DNA of 64,000 bases from Abditibacterium sp. (GCA_965246885.1 OZ251992.1:800001-864000), one strand, 5' to 3'; positions 10,275-20,213 are shown, counted from the stretch's first letter. The notes: generated by a model from the sequence alone, not told the origin. A program made the numbers and translations.

Positions 10275-11702
10275 ATGACTTTCGCCGCGCTTGGAGCGCC
10301 TCCCCTTGCCCCCGGCACCCTCGTCGGGGCGGGCCGCTTCGCGCTCGAAGAGGAAATCGGGCGCGGCGGCTACGGCATCACTTACCGCGCGCGGCGCGTC
10401 GAAACGGGGGAAGCCGTCGCGGTCAAAGAGTGCGTGCTTTCCTCCTGCACCCGCGAGAGCACCCTCGTGGCCCCATGTGACGACGCGGCGGCGGACGCGC
10501 TTGCCGTCTGGGGCGAGCGCGTTGTGGCTCAGACACTCCAGTTGGAATCCTTGGAGCACCCGCACTTGGCGCGCGTGTTCGAGGCGTGGGCCGAAAACAA
10601 CACGGTTTATCTCGCAATGGAACTGTTGGAAGGGCCGACGTTGGCGGAGCACATCGGGGAGCACGGGCCGCTTTCCGTTGACGAGGCGCTCCTTCATGCG
10701 CGCGCGGTCGCCGATGCCTTGGGCGCGCTCCACCAACGCGGGCTGGCGCACTTGGATGTCAAGCCGGAAAACATCGTCCTTTCGGAGCGCGGCGCCGTGT
10801 TATTGGACTTCGACTTGGTGCAACCGTGCGGGGTGGAGCAGGTCTCGACGCGGCCCCTGTCGCTCGCGGGGCGCATCGGCACCCCCGGCTATGCGCCGCC
10901 CGAAGCGTATGGCGAAGTTGCCCCTCAAGGCGCGCGCTCGGACATTTATTCGCTCGGCGCCACCTTGTATTTCCTGCTAAGTGGGTGTATACCGCCTGCG
11001 GCGGTTGACCGAGCGGCGGGCATCGAACTCCCCGCGCTTTCGGTCGCGCCGCATTTGGGAGAAGCCCTTGTCGCCGCGCTGCAATTGCCCATCGAAGCGC
11101 GCCCCGCAACCGTCGCCGAACTGCGCGAACTCTGGGTTGCTCCCCCACCGCCGCCCGCGCCGGAAGAGGATTATTCCTTCTCGGCGCACGCCGCCAACCT
11201 CGCGCAGTCCAAGTCGTCCACCGGCATCTGCCGCGTTGTGCTTACGACGAGCAACCCCAAATTCCCGCCGCGTTGCGCTTGCTGCTTTGAGCGCGCCGAC
11301 GACGGCGTGTCGCTCATCCTTCCTTCCGCGTCGGGTCGGCAATACATACCGGGTTGCGCCGCGTGCCTGCGCCATCAGCACGTGGCGCGCGCCTCGGCCA
11401 ACGGCACCGGTTGGGGATTGATTTTGTCGTCCGTTTTGGCGCTTGCGGGCGCGTGGCTGTCCATCCTCATTGACTCGCCCGTGCTGATGGTGTTGTGCAT
11501 TTCTGCTCTTGTCATCTGCTTTGGAACGATGGCCTACGGCGCCCTCAAATCCTCGCGCGCCGAGGAGATGCTCAAGTCCACCTGCTGCCACTCGGTCGAA
11601 CCGGTCGCGTATAACTTCAATGGCCGCGCCCATATTTGGCGCTTTAAGAACATGATGTACGCCGAAGAGTTCAAGAAAAAGAACGCGGAGTGGGTGGTTT
11701 GA
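10275..11702 (+). CDS. Hanks-type Ser/Thr protein kinase with C-terminal Cys-rich/2-TM region
   Basis: IGRGGYGITY, VAVKE, HLDVKPEN, LLDFD, GTPGYAPPE, SDIYSLGATLY. Confidence 0.9.
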   Translation: MTFAALGAPPLAPGTLVGAGRFALEEEIGRGGYGITYRARRVETGEAVAVKECVLSSCTRESTLVAPCDDAAADALAVWGERVVAQTLQLESLEHPHLARVFEAWAENNTVYLAMELLEGPTLAEHIGEHGPLSVDEALLHARAVADALGALHQRGLAHLDVKPENIVLSERGAVLLDFDLVQPCGVEQVSTRPLSLAGRIGTPGYAPPEAYGEVAPQGARSDIYSLGATLYFLLSGCIPPAAVDRAAGIELPALSVAPHLGEALVAALQLPIEARPATVAELRELWVAPPPPPAPEEDYSFSAHAANLAQSKSSTGICRVVLTTSNPKFPPRCACCFERADDGVSLILPSASGRQYIPGCAACLRHQHVARASANGTGWGLILSSVLALAGAWLSILIDSPVLMVLCISALVICFGTMAYGALKSSRAEEMLKSTCCHSVEPVAYNFNGRAHIWRFKNMMYAEEFKKKNAEWVV

Positions 11703-11713
11703 GCCGCGCGCCT

Positions 11714-12364
11714 TCAGTGTTCATCGTCCAACCAGCCGCGCTTGAGCGCGTAGCGCACCAACTCCACGCGCGACGTGAGGCCCAGCTTCTCGAACAAGCG
11801 GGTTTTGTAGCCTTCGACGGTTTTGCTCGAAACGTGGAGGCGCACCGCCATGTCTTTGTTGGAATACCCCCACGCGACCAAGCGCACTACCTCGACTTCG
11901 CGTGTGGACAAGGGAATGTCGCTTTGGAACACCTGCCCCAGTTCGTCGCCCGCAACGGGCAGGAGGTCGGGCGCGAAGTGCGTTCCGCCTTCCGCGACGG
12001 TTCGGATGGCGGCGACCAACTCCCCGGCGGCGGCGTGCTTCAAGACGTACCCCGACGCGCCCGCTTCGACGAACGCGCGCACATGGGCGGCGTCGCCATA
12101 CGCCGATAGCCCCAGTATCTTTACCCCCGCGCACCCGGCTTTGATGCGCGCCGCCACCTGCGCGCCGTTGAGTTGTGGGAGCGACACATCGAGTACCGCC
12201 ACGTCGGGCGACACTTCCCGCACCACGCGCCACGCGCTTTCGCCGTCCCCCGCCGCGCCGACGACTTCCATATCGCTTTGCGTGTTGATAAGGAGCACCA
12301 GCCCCTCGCGCACAAGCGCATGATCTTCGGCCACAAACACCCGCAGCATTTGGTCAGGTCTCAT
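11714..12364 (-). CDS. NarL/LuxR-family response regulator
   Basis: AEDHALVREG, DVAVLDVSLP, GASGYVLK, HTH LSTREVEVVRL..TVEGYKTRL..KL. ATG at 12364. Confidence 0.94.
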   Translation of the reverse strand: MRPDQMLRVFVAEDHALVREGLVLLINTQSDMEVVGAAGDGESAWRVVREVSPDVAVLDVSLPQLNGAQVAARIKAGCAGVKILGLSAYGDAAHVRAFVEAGASGYVLKHAAAGELVAAIRTVAEGGTHFAPDLLPVAGDELGQVFQSDIPLSTREVEVVRLVAWGYSNKDMAVRLHVSSKTVEGYKTRLFEKLGLTSRVELVRYALKRGWLDDEH

Positions 12365-12430
12365 AGTTGCATCTTGAAAACAAGTCTTGAGTGTGACAGG
12401 CGGAGTCGGATTTTCTCCAAGTTGCCACCG

Positions 12431-12608
12431 GACAGACCGCAATCGCCGCCCCGCCGACGCACGCCGACGAACGACAGACGTCGGCGTGCCGCTCCGGGAC
12501 GTCGGCGGACAAAGGACAGACGTCTGTCACTGAGCGGCGGACGTCTGTTACTGAGCGGCGGACGTCTGCCACTGAGCGGCAGACGTCTGTCACCGCGTCG
12601 CCGCCCTC
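12431..12608. repeat. 21-bp-period array A (GACGTC palindromic cores)
   Basis: GACGTC at 12477, 12498, 12519, 12540, 12561 and 12582. Degenerate in-phase units at 12435, 12456 and 12603. Confidence 0.93.
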
Positions 12609-12614
12609 TGGCCG

Positions 12615-14177
12615 TCAAAGCCCATTCTTATCTAGCGAGTAATCGGTGTCCAGCGGGACGCGCGCGAAAATGGTGGTGCGGCGACCGACCTCGCTTTCGA
12701 TTTGCAAGACGCCACCGACCGAATGAAGGCGCTCGCGCATCCCAACCAAGCCCAAGCGGTTTCCGACCGCCTCGTCCGTCAAAAAGCCGCGTCCGTCGTC
12801 CTCGACAATGGCCATCAGTTCGCCGACCGGTTGTTGCAACAACACGCTGACGGTGCGCGCGCCGGAATGACGCGCGACGTTGGTGAGGGCTTCTTGGACG
12901 ACGCGATACAGCGCGACTTCGATTTCCGGCGCAAAACGGGCGCCGCGATTTTCCAGACCGAGCACGTCGAACTGCGCGCCGATGCCCGTCGCGCGCGCCC
13001 ATTCGCTCACCAACTGCTGCAACGCCGACGGCAAGCCGAGTGTATCGAGCGAGGGCGGGCGCAGTTCGCGCGCGAGCGAGCCGACTTGCTCGCCCAGCGC
13101 GCCCAGTTGGCCTTGCAACCCCGCGACGCGGCGTTCCAATTCGATGGCGACCGCTTCATTGTGCGGAAGCAGGCCGCGTAGCGTCTCGCGCACAAAGTCG
13201 GCTAACCCACCCACGTTCATCGCCACGACGGTGAGGGTTTGGCCCATCTGATCGTGCAATTCGCGCGACAAACGGAGCCGCTCGGCTTCCTGAGCTTCGA
13301 CCAAGCGCGCCAACAAGCGGCGGCGCAGGTCGGCCAATTCTTCGCGCGCGGACTTGGCTTGGCCTTGCATCTCCTCGTGCGAGCGGCGCAGGATGATTTC
13401 GGCTTCTTTTTGCGGCGTAATGTCGGACAGCACGCCCATCATGCGGGTCGCTTCGCCGCTCGCGTCGCGGGCGAAGATGCGGCCCATCGTGCGCACCCAA
13501 ATAATCTCGCCGTCCGAGCGCACCAAGCGGTACTCCATTTCGGTGACGTCGTCGGTTTGCAGCGCGGCGCTCGTTTGCGCGGCGATGCCCTGCGCGTCGT
13601 CATCGTGGATGTGGATGAGGAAGTCAGAAACGAGGCGCGGCATTTCCGTTCCTTGTCCAAACAGTTGCTGCTTTCCGTCGTTCCACGCCAACCCTCCCGT
13701 TACGATGTTCCAGTCCCACACGGCGGTGCCACTCACGGCGAGGGCGAAACGCAGCCGTTCCTCGCCCTCGCGCAAAAGCTCTCCGGCGCTCAGGGTGTCT
13801 TCGACGTCGGTGAGCGTGCCGATCCACTCCGTCACGATGCCCTCGTGTCGCACCGGCACACCGCGCACCGCCACGCGCCGGTATTGGCTGTCGAAGCGGT
13901 GCAAGCGGTAGGTTGTCTCGAAGGCTTGCTCGGCTTGCGCCGCGTTCATCCACACGGCATGTAGCGCTGGCCCATCGTCGGGATGCACTTGCGACAGCCA
14001 GCCCAGACCGCGCGCTTCCTCTGCCGTTTGTCCGGTGAACTCGTGCCAACCGGGTTCATCGTCGAAGAACTCGCCGCCCGGTGTCGTGCGCCACACGACA
14101 AGGGGCGACGCCAGCACAAGGGCACGGTAGCGTTCGCCCGCTTCGCCCAGTGGCGCGTCTTCGTCGAATGGGTTCAT
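12615..14177 (-). CDS. PAS-PAS sensor histidine kinase (HisKA_3/UhpB-NarX type)
   Basis: Two PAS/PAC domains, ERLRLSRELHDQMGQ, YRVVQEALTNVARHS, EDDGRGF, GLVGMRER. Cognate regulator lies downstream. Confidence 0.93.
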   Translation of the reverse strand: MNPFDEDAPLGEAGERYRALVLASPLVVWRTTPGGEFFDDEPGWHEFTGQTAEEARGLGWLSQVHPDDGPALHAVWMNAAQAEQAFETTYRLHRFDSQYRRVAVRGVPVRHEGIVTEWIGTLTDVEDTLSAGELLREGEERLRFALAVSGTAVWDWNIVTGGLAWNDGKQQLFGQGTEMPRLVSDFLIHIHDDDAQGIAAQTSAALQTDDVTEMEYRLVRSDGEIIWVRTMGRIFARDASGEATRMMGVLSDITPQKEAEIILRRSHEEMQGQAKSAREELADLRRRLLARLVEAQEAERLRLSRELHDQMGQTLTVVAMNVGGLADFVRETLRGLLPHNEAVAIELERRVAGLQGQLGALGEQVGSLARELRPPSLDTLGLPSALQQLVSEWARATGIGAQFDVLGLENRGARFAPEIEVALYRVVQEALTNVARHSGARTVSVLLQQPVGELMAIVEDDGRGFLTDEAVGNRLGLVGMRERLHSVGGVLQIESEVGRRTTIFARVPLDTDYSLDKNGL

Positions 14178-14196
14178 CGGGTGGTCGCCTCCAAAC

Positions 14197-14229
14197 AAAA
14201 CAACGAAGGCGAAGGGCCTTCGTTGTTTT
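14197..14229. terminator. perfect 14-bp stem-loop with A/T tails
   Basis: aaaacaacgaaggc-gaagg-gccttcgttgtttt. It lies only about 20 nt upstream of the kinase start. Confidence 0.7.
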
Positions 14230-14246
14230 TAAGTGTGACAGGGTTC

Positions 14247-14363
14247 TTAGCGGCGCTCTACGTAATCGCCCAGCTTGAGCTTCGCCAACCCCGCCGAAAT
14301 AACGACGGCGGCGCCGGTGAGAAACCACAGCCAGCTTCCAATGTCTTTGTCGAGTTTTTCCAT
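14247..14363 (-). CDS. small single-TM protein (38 aa), absent from the ORF track
   Basis: MEKLDKDIGSWLWFLTGAAVVISAGLAKLKLGDYVERR. GGGA upstream of ATG, followed by a stem-loop. Confidence 0.55.
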   Translation of the reverse strand: MEKLDKDIGSWLWFLTGAAVVISAGLAKLKLGDYVERR

Positions 14364-14437
14364 AATAGTCCCGGTGAACATCCAGTTAGATGCCACGCTT
14401 GCCCCGGAAGTTCATGCTTTTGGGCCGGTGCTGCAAT

Positions 14438-16204
14438 TCAGATCTGCTCCAGCGTCTCGATGCCCAGCAGACCCAATCCGGTCTGAAGCGTGCGAGCCGT
14501 CAGGTCGCACAGCGCCAGACGCGATGCCCGCACCTCGTCGGGCGCGTCCAACACGCGGCAGTCGCGGTTGAACGCCGAGAACGCGCCCGCCAACTCATAC
14601 AGGTAATCCGTCAGCGCGTTCAAGCGGTAGTCGCGCCGCGCCGCGCCAAGCGCCTCCGCGAAGCGCAATAAGCACTTGCCAAGTTCCACTTCCGCCGGTT
14701 CTCCCAAATGTGGCGCCGCCAGAGCCATGTCTATGCCGCGCTCGCTCGCGCGGCGGAAGATGGAGCGCACGCGGGCGAAAGCGTATAGCAAGTAAACCGC
14801 GCTGTTGCCCGACAGCGCGAGCATCTTATCCCACGAAAACAGGTAATCGGACGCGCGGTTCTGCGACAGGTCGGCGTATTTGACGGCACCAATCCCCACG
14901 ACGCGCGCGATATGTTCAAGGGCCGCTTCGGGTAGTGCGGGGTTCTTTTCGCGCACCACTTCGAGGGCGCGGCTTTGGGCTTCGGCGAGGAGGGTGGCCA
15001 GTTTGACCGGCGCCCCGTCGCGGGTTTTGAGCGGCGTCTTGTCTTCGCCCAAGACTGAGCCAAACGCGACGTGTTGCGCCCCAAACTGCGCATCGGGCTT
15101 CCAGCGCGCGAACGCCGCGAAGACTTGGCGGAAATGCCCCGCTTGCGGTGCCCCGGTCACGTATAAAATCTTCTGCGCGCCCAGTTCGTCCAAACGATAT
15201 TCCAGCGTCGCCAAGTCGGTCGTCGCGTACGTCGCGGCGCCGTCGCGCTTGCGCACGATGGCCGGAAAGTCCGTCCATTCGCCGTCGCGCGAAATCAGAA
15301 AGGGGTCGTCTTTGGGTGCGAGCGTCCCGTCCGAAAACACGCACACCGCCCCGTCCGATTCGCGCGCCACGCCCTTGGCTAAGAGTTCCTCGACCAAGCC
15401 CGGTAAACGCGGGTTATAGAACGATTCGCCCAGCGTTTGGTCGAAGGAGACGCCCAGCAACGCGTAAATGGTGTCGAACTGCTCTTGCGACAGTTCGCGC
15501 ACGCGGCGCCAAATGGCGAGGTTCTCCTCGTCGCCCGCTTGAAGCGCCGCCACTTCCGCGCGCGCAGCGTTCTCGGTGGCTGGGTCGGTTTTGCCGCGCT
15601 CGTTGATAAGTTTGTAAAGCCGCTCCATCTCGCCGATGGGGTCGGACGCAAGCTGCGCTTCGTCCAACTCGCTTTTCCAGCCGACGATGATTTTTCCGAA
15701 CGCCGTGCCCCAGTCGCCGATATGGTTATCAGAAACCACCGCGTGCCCCTGAAAGCGCAGAAGGCGGACAATGGCGTCGCCAATGATAGTCGAGCGGATG
15801 TGTCCGACGTGCATCGGCTTGGCGACGTTGGGCGAGGAAAAGTCCACGACGAACCGCTCCGGCGCTTCGGCCAACGGCACGCCCAACCGCTCATCCGCGC
15901 GCGCTTTGTCAAGGGCGGCTTCGATCCAATCCGTCTTGAGCCGGAAGTTGAGAAACCCCGGCCCCGCGATTTCGGGCGGCTCACAGATGGCGCTCATATC
16001 CAAGCGCGCGAGAACCCCCGCCGCGATGTCGCGCGGTTTTTGGCGCAGAGTTTTGGCAAGCGGCAAGGCGCCGTTCCATTGGTAGTCGCCGAACTGCGGG
16101 TTCGAGGAGGGCACGACTTGCAGTGCGTCGGAGGTGACGCCCGTCGTGTCGAAAGCGGCAAGGGCGGCGTCGAGGGCGGATTGGAGGATGGTTTGGGCGG
16201 ACAT
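14438..16204 (-). CDS. argS: arginine--tRNA ligase
   Basis: FGDYQ.NGAL, VDFSSPNVAKPMHVGHIRST, HIGDWGT, KYADLS, GNSAVYLLYAFAR. Confidence 0.97.
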   Translation of the reverse strand: MSAQTILQSALDAALAAFDTTGVTSDALQVVPSSNPQFGDYQWNGALPLAKTLRQKPRDIAAGVLARLDMSAICEPPEIAGPGFLNFRLKTDWIEAALDKARADERLGVPLAEAPERFVVDFSSPNVAKPMHVGHIRSTIIGDAIVRLLRFQGHAVVSDNHIGDWGTAFGKIIVGWKSELDEAQLASDPIGEMERLYKLINERGKTDPATENAARAEVAALQAGDEENLAIWRRVRELSQEQFDTIYALLGVSFDQTLGESFYNPRLPGLVEELLAKGVARESDGAVCVFSDGTLAPKDDPFLISRDGEWTDFPAIVRKRDGAATYATTDLATLEYRLDELGAQKILYVTGAPQAGHFRQVFAAFARWKPDAQFGAQHVAFGSVLGEDKTPLKTRDGAPVKLATLLAEAQSRALEVVREKNPALPEAALEHIARVVGIGAVKYADLSQNRASDYLFSWDKMLALSGNSAVYLLYAFARVRSIFRRASERGIDMALAAPHLGEPAEVELGKCLLRFAEALGAARRDYRLNALTDYLYELAGAFSAFNRDCRVLDAPDEVRASRLALCDLTARTLQTGLGLLGIETLEQI

Positions 16205-16219
16205 AGCGAGAGAGGTGAT

Positions 16220-17599
16220 TTACGCGAGCGCGGCAATTTCTGCTTTGAACTCGCTTTGCATGGCATGCGCTTGCTCGTCGGTGCGGGCTTCGAGGATGAG
16301 GCGGACAATCGGCTCCGTCCCGCTTCCGCGCACGTGAACCCAACCCCCGTCGGAAAAGTCGAGGCGCAACCCGTCGCGTTCGTCGCGGGCGGCGTCGGGG
16401 TATTTGGCTTTAAGATGCGCGAGCAGGGCGGCGAGTTTCTCGCGCGGGAAGTCGTGGGTGGTCTTCAATATGGTGTAGCGCGGCAGTTCGGCGCCCACTT
16501 GCGCGGCACCCTTGCCTTCAAGCGCGAGAAACTCAAGTGTGAGCGCAATGGCGGCGATGCCGTCGCGCCCCAACTGCATCTCCGGCCAAATCACGCCGCC
16601 GTTGCCTTCGCCGCCAATGGCCGCGCCGACTTCGAGCATCTTGCCGGACACATTCGCGTCGCCGACAGGAGCGCGGTAAAAAGCGCAGCCATATTGTTTG
16701 GCGAGGGTTTCGACGGCGCTGGAAGTGGAGAGGTTGGTGACAACGGGGCCGAGCTTTCGGTTCTTGAGGACGTGCGCGACGGCCCACACGAGCGAGTAGT
16801 CCTCGCCGATGGGCTGCCCCGCGTCGGTCACGATGGCCACGCGGTCGGCGTCGGCGTCGTGGGCGAAACCGATGTCCGCGCCGCGCTCCTTCACCGCGCT
16901 CATCAGTTGCGCCATGTTCTCGTTGAGCGGTTCGGGATTGTGCGCGAACAAGCCGTTGAGTTCGCCGTTGATGATGGAGGTGTCGCAGCCCAGCCGGTCG
17001 AGTAGGAGTGGCGAGATGGTGCCGCCCGCGCCGTTGCAAGCATCGAGAACGACGCGGAAGCGCCGCGCCCGTATCGCTTCGACGTTTACCAAGGAGAGAA
17101 TCTTGGACAAATGCGCTTCGATAGCCTCGCCCGCCGTGTCGTGTTCAAGCGCGCCCATCCGCGTCCAATCGCCGCAACGAAACCAGTGGTCGGCGTTGAT
17201 GCGGATGACCTCGCCGCCCTGCGCTTTGTCCAGATACATCCCCGATGGCTGGAAGAACTTGAGCGCGTTCCACTCGACCGGGTTATGCGACGCGGTGATG
17301 CAAATCGCGCCCGCCGCGCCCAAGCGGTGGATGGCGAACTGAAGCGTCGGCGTCGAAACCACGCCCAAATCCAACACCCGCGCCCCGCCCGCGAGTAATC
17401 CCGCCAAGGCCGCGTGCCGCATCATCTCCCCCGTTGGCCGCGTGTCCCGCGCCAAGAGAACAAGCGGGCGGTCGCTCGTTTGGCCAAGATACGCCGCGTA
17501 GGACTGGACGAAATCCAGCGCCACCCCCGGCGTGAGAGAGTCGCCCACCACGCCGCGAATCCCCGACACCGACACCATGAGTTGAGAAGAATGAGCCAT
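16220..17599 (-). CDS. alpha-D-phosphohexomutase (phosphoglucosamine mutase / PMM-PGM)
   Basis: SVSGIRG, ITASHNP, DADADR, GGEGNGG, RGSGTEP. ATG at 17599. Confidence 0.92.
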   Translation of the reverse strand: MAHSSQLMVSVSGIRGVVGDSLTPGVALDFVQSYAAYLGQTSDRPLVLLARDTRPTGEMMRHAALAGLLAGGARVLDLGVVSTPTLQFAIHRLGAAGAICITASHNPVEWNALKFFQPSGMYLDKAQGGEVIRINADHWFRCGDWTRMGALEHDTAGEAIEAHLSKILSLVNVEAIRARRFRVVLDACNGAGGTISPLLLDRLGCDTSIINGELNGLFAHNPEPLNENMAQLMSAVKERGADIGFAHDADADRVAIVTDAGQPIGEDYSLVWAVAHVLKNRKLGPVVTNLSTSSAVETLAKQYGCAFYRAPVGDANVSGKMLEVGAAIGGEGNGGVIWPEMQLGRDGIAAIALTLEFLALEGKGAAQVGAELPRYTILKTTHDFPREKLAALLAHLKAKYPDAARDERDGLRLDFSDGGWVHVRGSGTEPIVRLILEARTDEQAHAMQSEFKAEIAALA

Positions 17600-17633
17600 T
17601 GAGAAGCGCGCCAGTTTAACGGCTGGCTCGGAA

Positions 17634-18686
17634 TTATTGGCCATACATTGCCATGTCGCGCGCTTCTGGTTTGAGACGAACGTTAATGTCAAGTGGCCAA
17701 GCGTTCTCACGCGAAAGCCGCAAGTGGAGCGAGATGGGCGTCTTTACAGTTTTCCAACCGCCACGCGGTGCTTCCGTCCAGACCACGTTGAACACATCGT
17801 CACCAATAGGCAATTTGGCCCCAAGTGACGAACGGTTTCGCATTCCGAAACCGGCGGGCCAGATTTCTGAGCCTGTGCCGTTGTTATCGAAGAGACGGAT
17901 TCTTCGCCCATTCGCATCGAGTAACCCGAACTCTAACAGTGAAAGGTTCAATTGCTCGTTCATGCCGCTCATCTGTTGCTTGCGAACGCGCACCAGAATA
18001 TCGTTCCCTCGTGGTGTGGAGGAGAACCAGCGCGCCTCCACAAACTGAAAACCCGCTTGACGTGACACCTGCGGGCGCGGGAACGGTTCGTCAGGACGCT
18101 TGACGACGATGTCGAATGGCGCGTGCGCGGCCACCGACCAGAATCGGTATTTGTATTTGCTATTCTCCGTAGTTTTGAAGTAGCCAGAGGTCGGTGCCCA
18201 GCTGGAAGGGGCTTGGAACGAACGGCTAATTTTGAAGTAACCGCGTGCGCGCACTTCCTGTGCGTCGTGCGGCACCGACGACAAACGAAAGCGCACAGTA
18301 ACGCCCGAATCCGCAATGAGAAAGGAGTAGGGGAGTTCGTCTTTGGCCGCGCGAGCCTCTTTCCACTGCTGCGCCGCGCGAGGACGGTATTCTAAGTGAA
18401 AGGTTTTCGGCTCAATCCAGTATTGAGGGGTGAACGTGTAAAAAGGGCGTGGCGCCTCGACTTCGCCCCACAACTTGACCTGCGTCTTCACAGCGAACTT
18501 GTAGCCCTGCGCCACATCGCTGGGAGTGACGGCGACTCGCTCCCAAGTTAACGGCGACAGCCGGGGTGGCCCTTTAGTCTGCTCAGCGCGCAAACTCGCC
18601 CGATGGTTGAACCACCACGCCCCGCCGCCCAGCAGGACGACGGGGGCGGTCATCCACCACAACTCGCGGCCAAGGCGCTTTTTCAT
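17634..18686 (-). CDS. hypothetical protein with N-terminal membrane anchor
   Basis: 350-aa ORF with N-terminus MKKRLGRELWWMTAPVVLLGGGAWW. Lower GC than its neighbours. Confidence 0.75.
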   Translation of the reverse strand: MKKRLGRELWWMTAPVVLLGGGAWWFNHRASLRAEQTKGPPRLSPLTWERVAVTPSDVAQGYKFAVKTQVKLWGEVEAPRPFYTFTPQYWIEPKTFHLEYRPRAAQQWKEARAAKDELPYSFLIADSGVTVRFRLSSVPHDAQEVRARGYFKISRSFQAPSSWAPTSGYFKTTENSKYKYRFWSVAAHAPFDIVVKRPDEPFPRPQVSRQAGFQFVEARWFSSTPRGNDILVRVRKQQMSGMNEQLNLSLLEFGLLDANGRRIRLFDNNGTGSEIWPAGFGMRNRSSLGAKLPIGDDVFNVVWTEAPRGGWKTVKTPISLHLRLSRENAWPLDINVRLKPEARDMAMYGQ

Positions 18687-18704
18687 GGGGTGAGTGTACG
18701 GGGG

Positions 18705-19235
18705 TCAGCTTTCTTCGTTGGGTTGAAAGAGGCGGTTGGCTTTGAGTGTCCAGCTGAGGACGGCGGGTTCGGCATTGGCGGTTTCGCCGCGCTTGAAGAG
18801 GATGGGGGTAGTGGGGTTTTGGGCGGTGTAGGAGCGCACGACTTCGGGGCTGAGCAGGTCAACGTCCCACACGACGAGGGTGCCCGCCGCGAAGTAGTCG
18901 GCGCGCTTTTGGGCCATCTCCTCCTCCATTGCGGCGCCGTAGTCGCCTTCGGAGCGCACTTCGACGGCGAAGACGGGCGCTTCGGGAAAGAACTTCATGC
19001 CCGCGCGCGGCCCGGTGTGATAGGCCGCATCGGGCGAGAACGACTTGCGGTGGGGCAAATCGCAGCGAAAGCCTTTGTTGTCGCCAACGGCTTGGCCCCG
19101 GCGCACCTGTTCTATATACAATCGCAGCGAGAAAGTGATCTCGTCGCCCGCGTATCCGGGTTCATCTCCTGTTGCTATATATTCAACAATCTCCCCATTA
19201 ACAATCTCATCTTGTTCCGTGTCTAAAGCGACCAT
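18705..19235 (-). CDS. Uma2 (DUF820) family PD-(D/E)xK endonuclease-like protein
   Basis: EIVNGEIV, SPDAAY, PVFAVEVRS, KRADYFAAGTLVVWDVD. GGAGGT RBS. Confidence 0.9.
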   Translation of the reverse strand: MVALDTEQDEIVNGEIVEYIATGDEPGYAGDEITFSLRLYIEQVRRGQAVGDNKGFRCDLPHRKSFSPDAAYHTGPRAGMKFFPEAPVFAVEVRSEGDYGAAMEEEMAQKRADYFAAGTLVVWDVDLLSPEVVRSYTAQNPTTPILFKRGETANAEPAVLSWTLKANRLFQPNEES

Positions 19236-19247
19236 AAAAGCACCTCC

Positions 19248-19278
19248 AAAAAAGGCGCGACCCACTGGGCCGCGCCTT
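19248..19278 (-). terminator. intrinsic terminator after pdxS
   Basis: aaggcgcg...cgcgcctt stem followed by a T run on the minus strand. Confidence 0.7.
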
Positions 19279-19298
19279 GAGTTTATCCCTGCTCCCGC

Positions 19299-20213
19299 TC
19301 ACCAACCGCGCGAACTCATCAGTTGCGAGTCGTCTAATTTGCGCGCTTCGAGGGAGTCCATCGCTTCGCCTAAGCCGGTCGAGATTTCGGCTAACTTCGC
19401 GGGGTCGTTGTAAAAGTTGACGGCGTCCACGATGGCGCGCCCACGCGCTTCGGGGTCGCCGCTTTTGAAGATGCCAGACCCGACGAAGACGGTTTCGGCG
19501 CCAAGCATCATCATCAAGGCGGCATCGGCGGGGGTAGCGACGCCGCCCGCGCTGAAGTTGGGGACGGGCAACTTGCCATGTTCGGCGACCCACACCACGA
19601 GTTCATAGGGCGCGCCCAGATTCTTGGCGGCGGTCATCAGTTCCTCCTTAGGGAGCGACGCGAGGCGGCGGATTTCGCCGTGAACCACGCGCAAGTGCCG
19701 CACGGCTTCGACAACGTCGCCCGTCCCCGGCTCGCCTTTGGTGCGAATCAGGGCGGCGCCTTCGCCGATGCGACGGAGAGCCTCGCCTAAATCTTTGCAA
19801 CCGCACACGAACGGCACTTTGAAGTCGTGCTTGAGAATGTGGAACTGCTCGTCGGCGGGCGTGAGGACTTCGGACTCGTCTATGAAGTCCACGCCGAGGG
19901 CTTCGAGAATGCGCGCTTCGGCGATGTGGCCGATGCGACATTTGGCCATCACGGGGACAGTCACGGCGGCTTGGATTTCGCGGATCATTTGCGGGTCGCT
20001 CATGCGCGCGACGCCGCCGTGCTTGCGAATATCGGACGGCACGCGCTCCAACGCCATCACCGCGCACGCGCCCGCGCGCTCGGCGATGCGCGCCTGTTCG
20101 ACGTTGGCAACATCCATAATGACGCCGCCCTTGAGCATTTCGGCCAGTCCGACCTTAGTGGCAAACGTGGCGACTTGCGCGGCGCCGTTCAAATGTGTTC
20201 CGTTGGTTTCCAT
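19299..20213 (-). CDS. pdxS: pyridoxal 5'-phosphate synthase lyase subunit
   Basis: [52 protein letters not shown]. Confidence 0.97.
   Translation of the reverse strand: METNGTHLNGAAQVATFATKVGLAEMLKGGVIMDVANVEQARIAERAGACAVMALERVPSDIRKHGGVARMSDPQMIREIQAAVTVPVMAKCRIGHIAEARILEALGVDFIDESEVLTPADEQFHILKHDFKVPFVCGCKDLGEALRRIGEGAALIRTKGEPGTGDVVEAVRHLRVVHGEIRRLASLPKEELMTAAKNLGAPYELVVWVAEHGKLPVPNFSAGGVATPADAALMMMLGAETVFVGSGIFKSGDPEARGRAIVDAVNFYNDPAKLAEISTGLGEAMDSLEARKLDDSQLMSSRGW

Noticed and set aside
15437..17005. Long antisense ORFs (e.g. 15437..17005 +, 31377..32927 -, 45663..47363 -, 60825..62132 -)
   Set aside because: They are shadows of well-supported genes on the opposite strand, as expected in high-GC DNA, and have no recognisable motifs.
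18705..19235. Uma2 nuclease as a defence or mobile element marker
   Set aside because: It is a solitary member of a commonly expanded family, with no methylase, integrase or other defence genes nearby.
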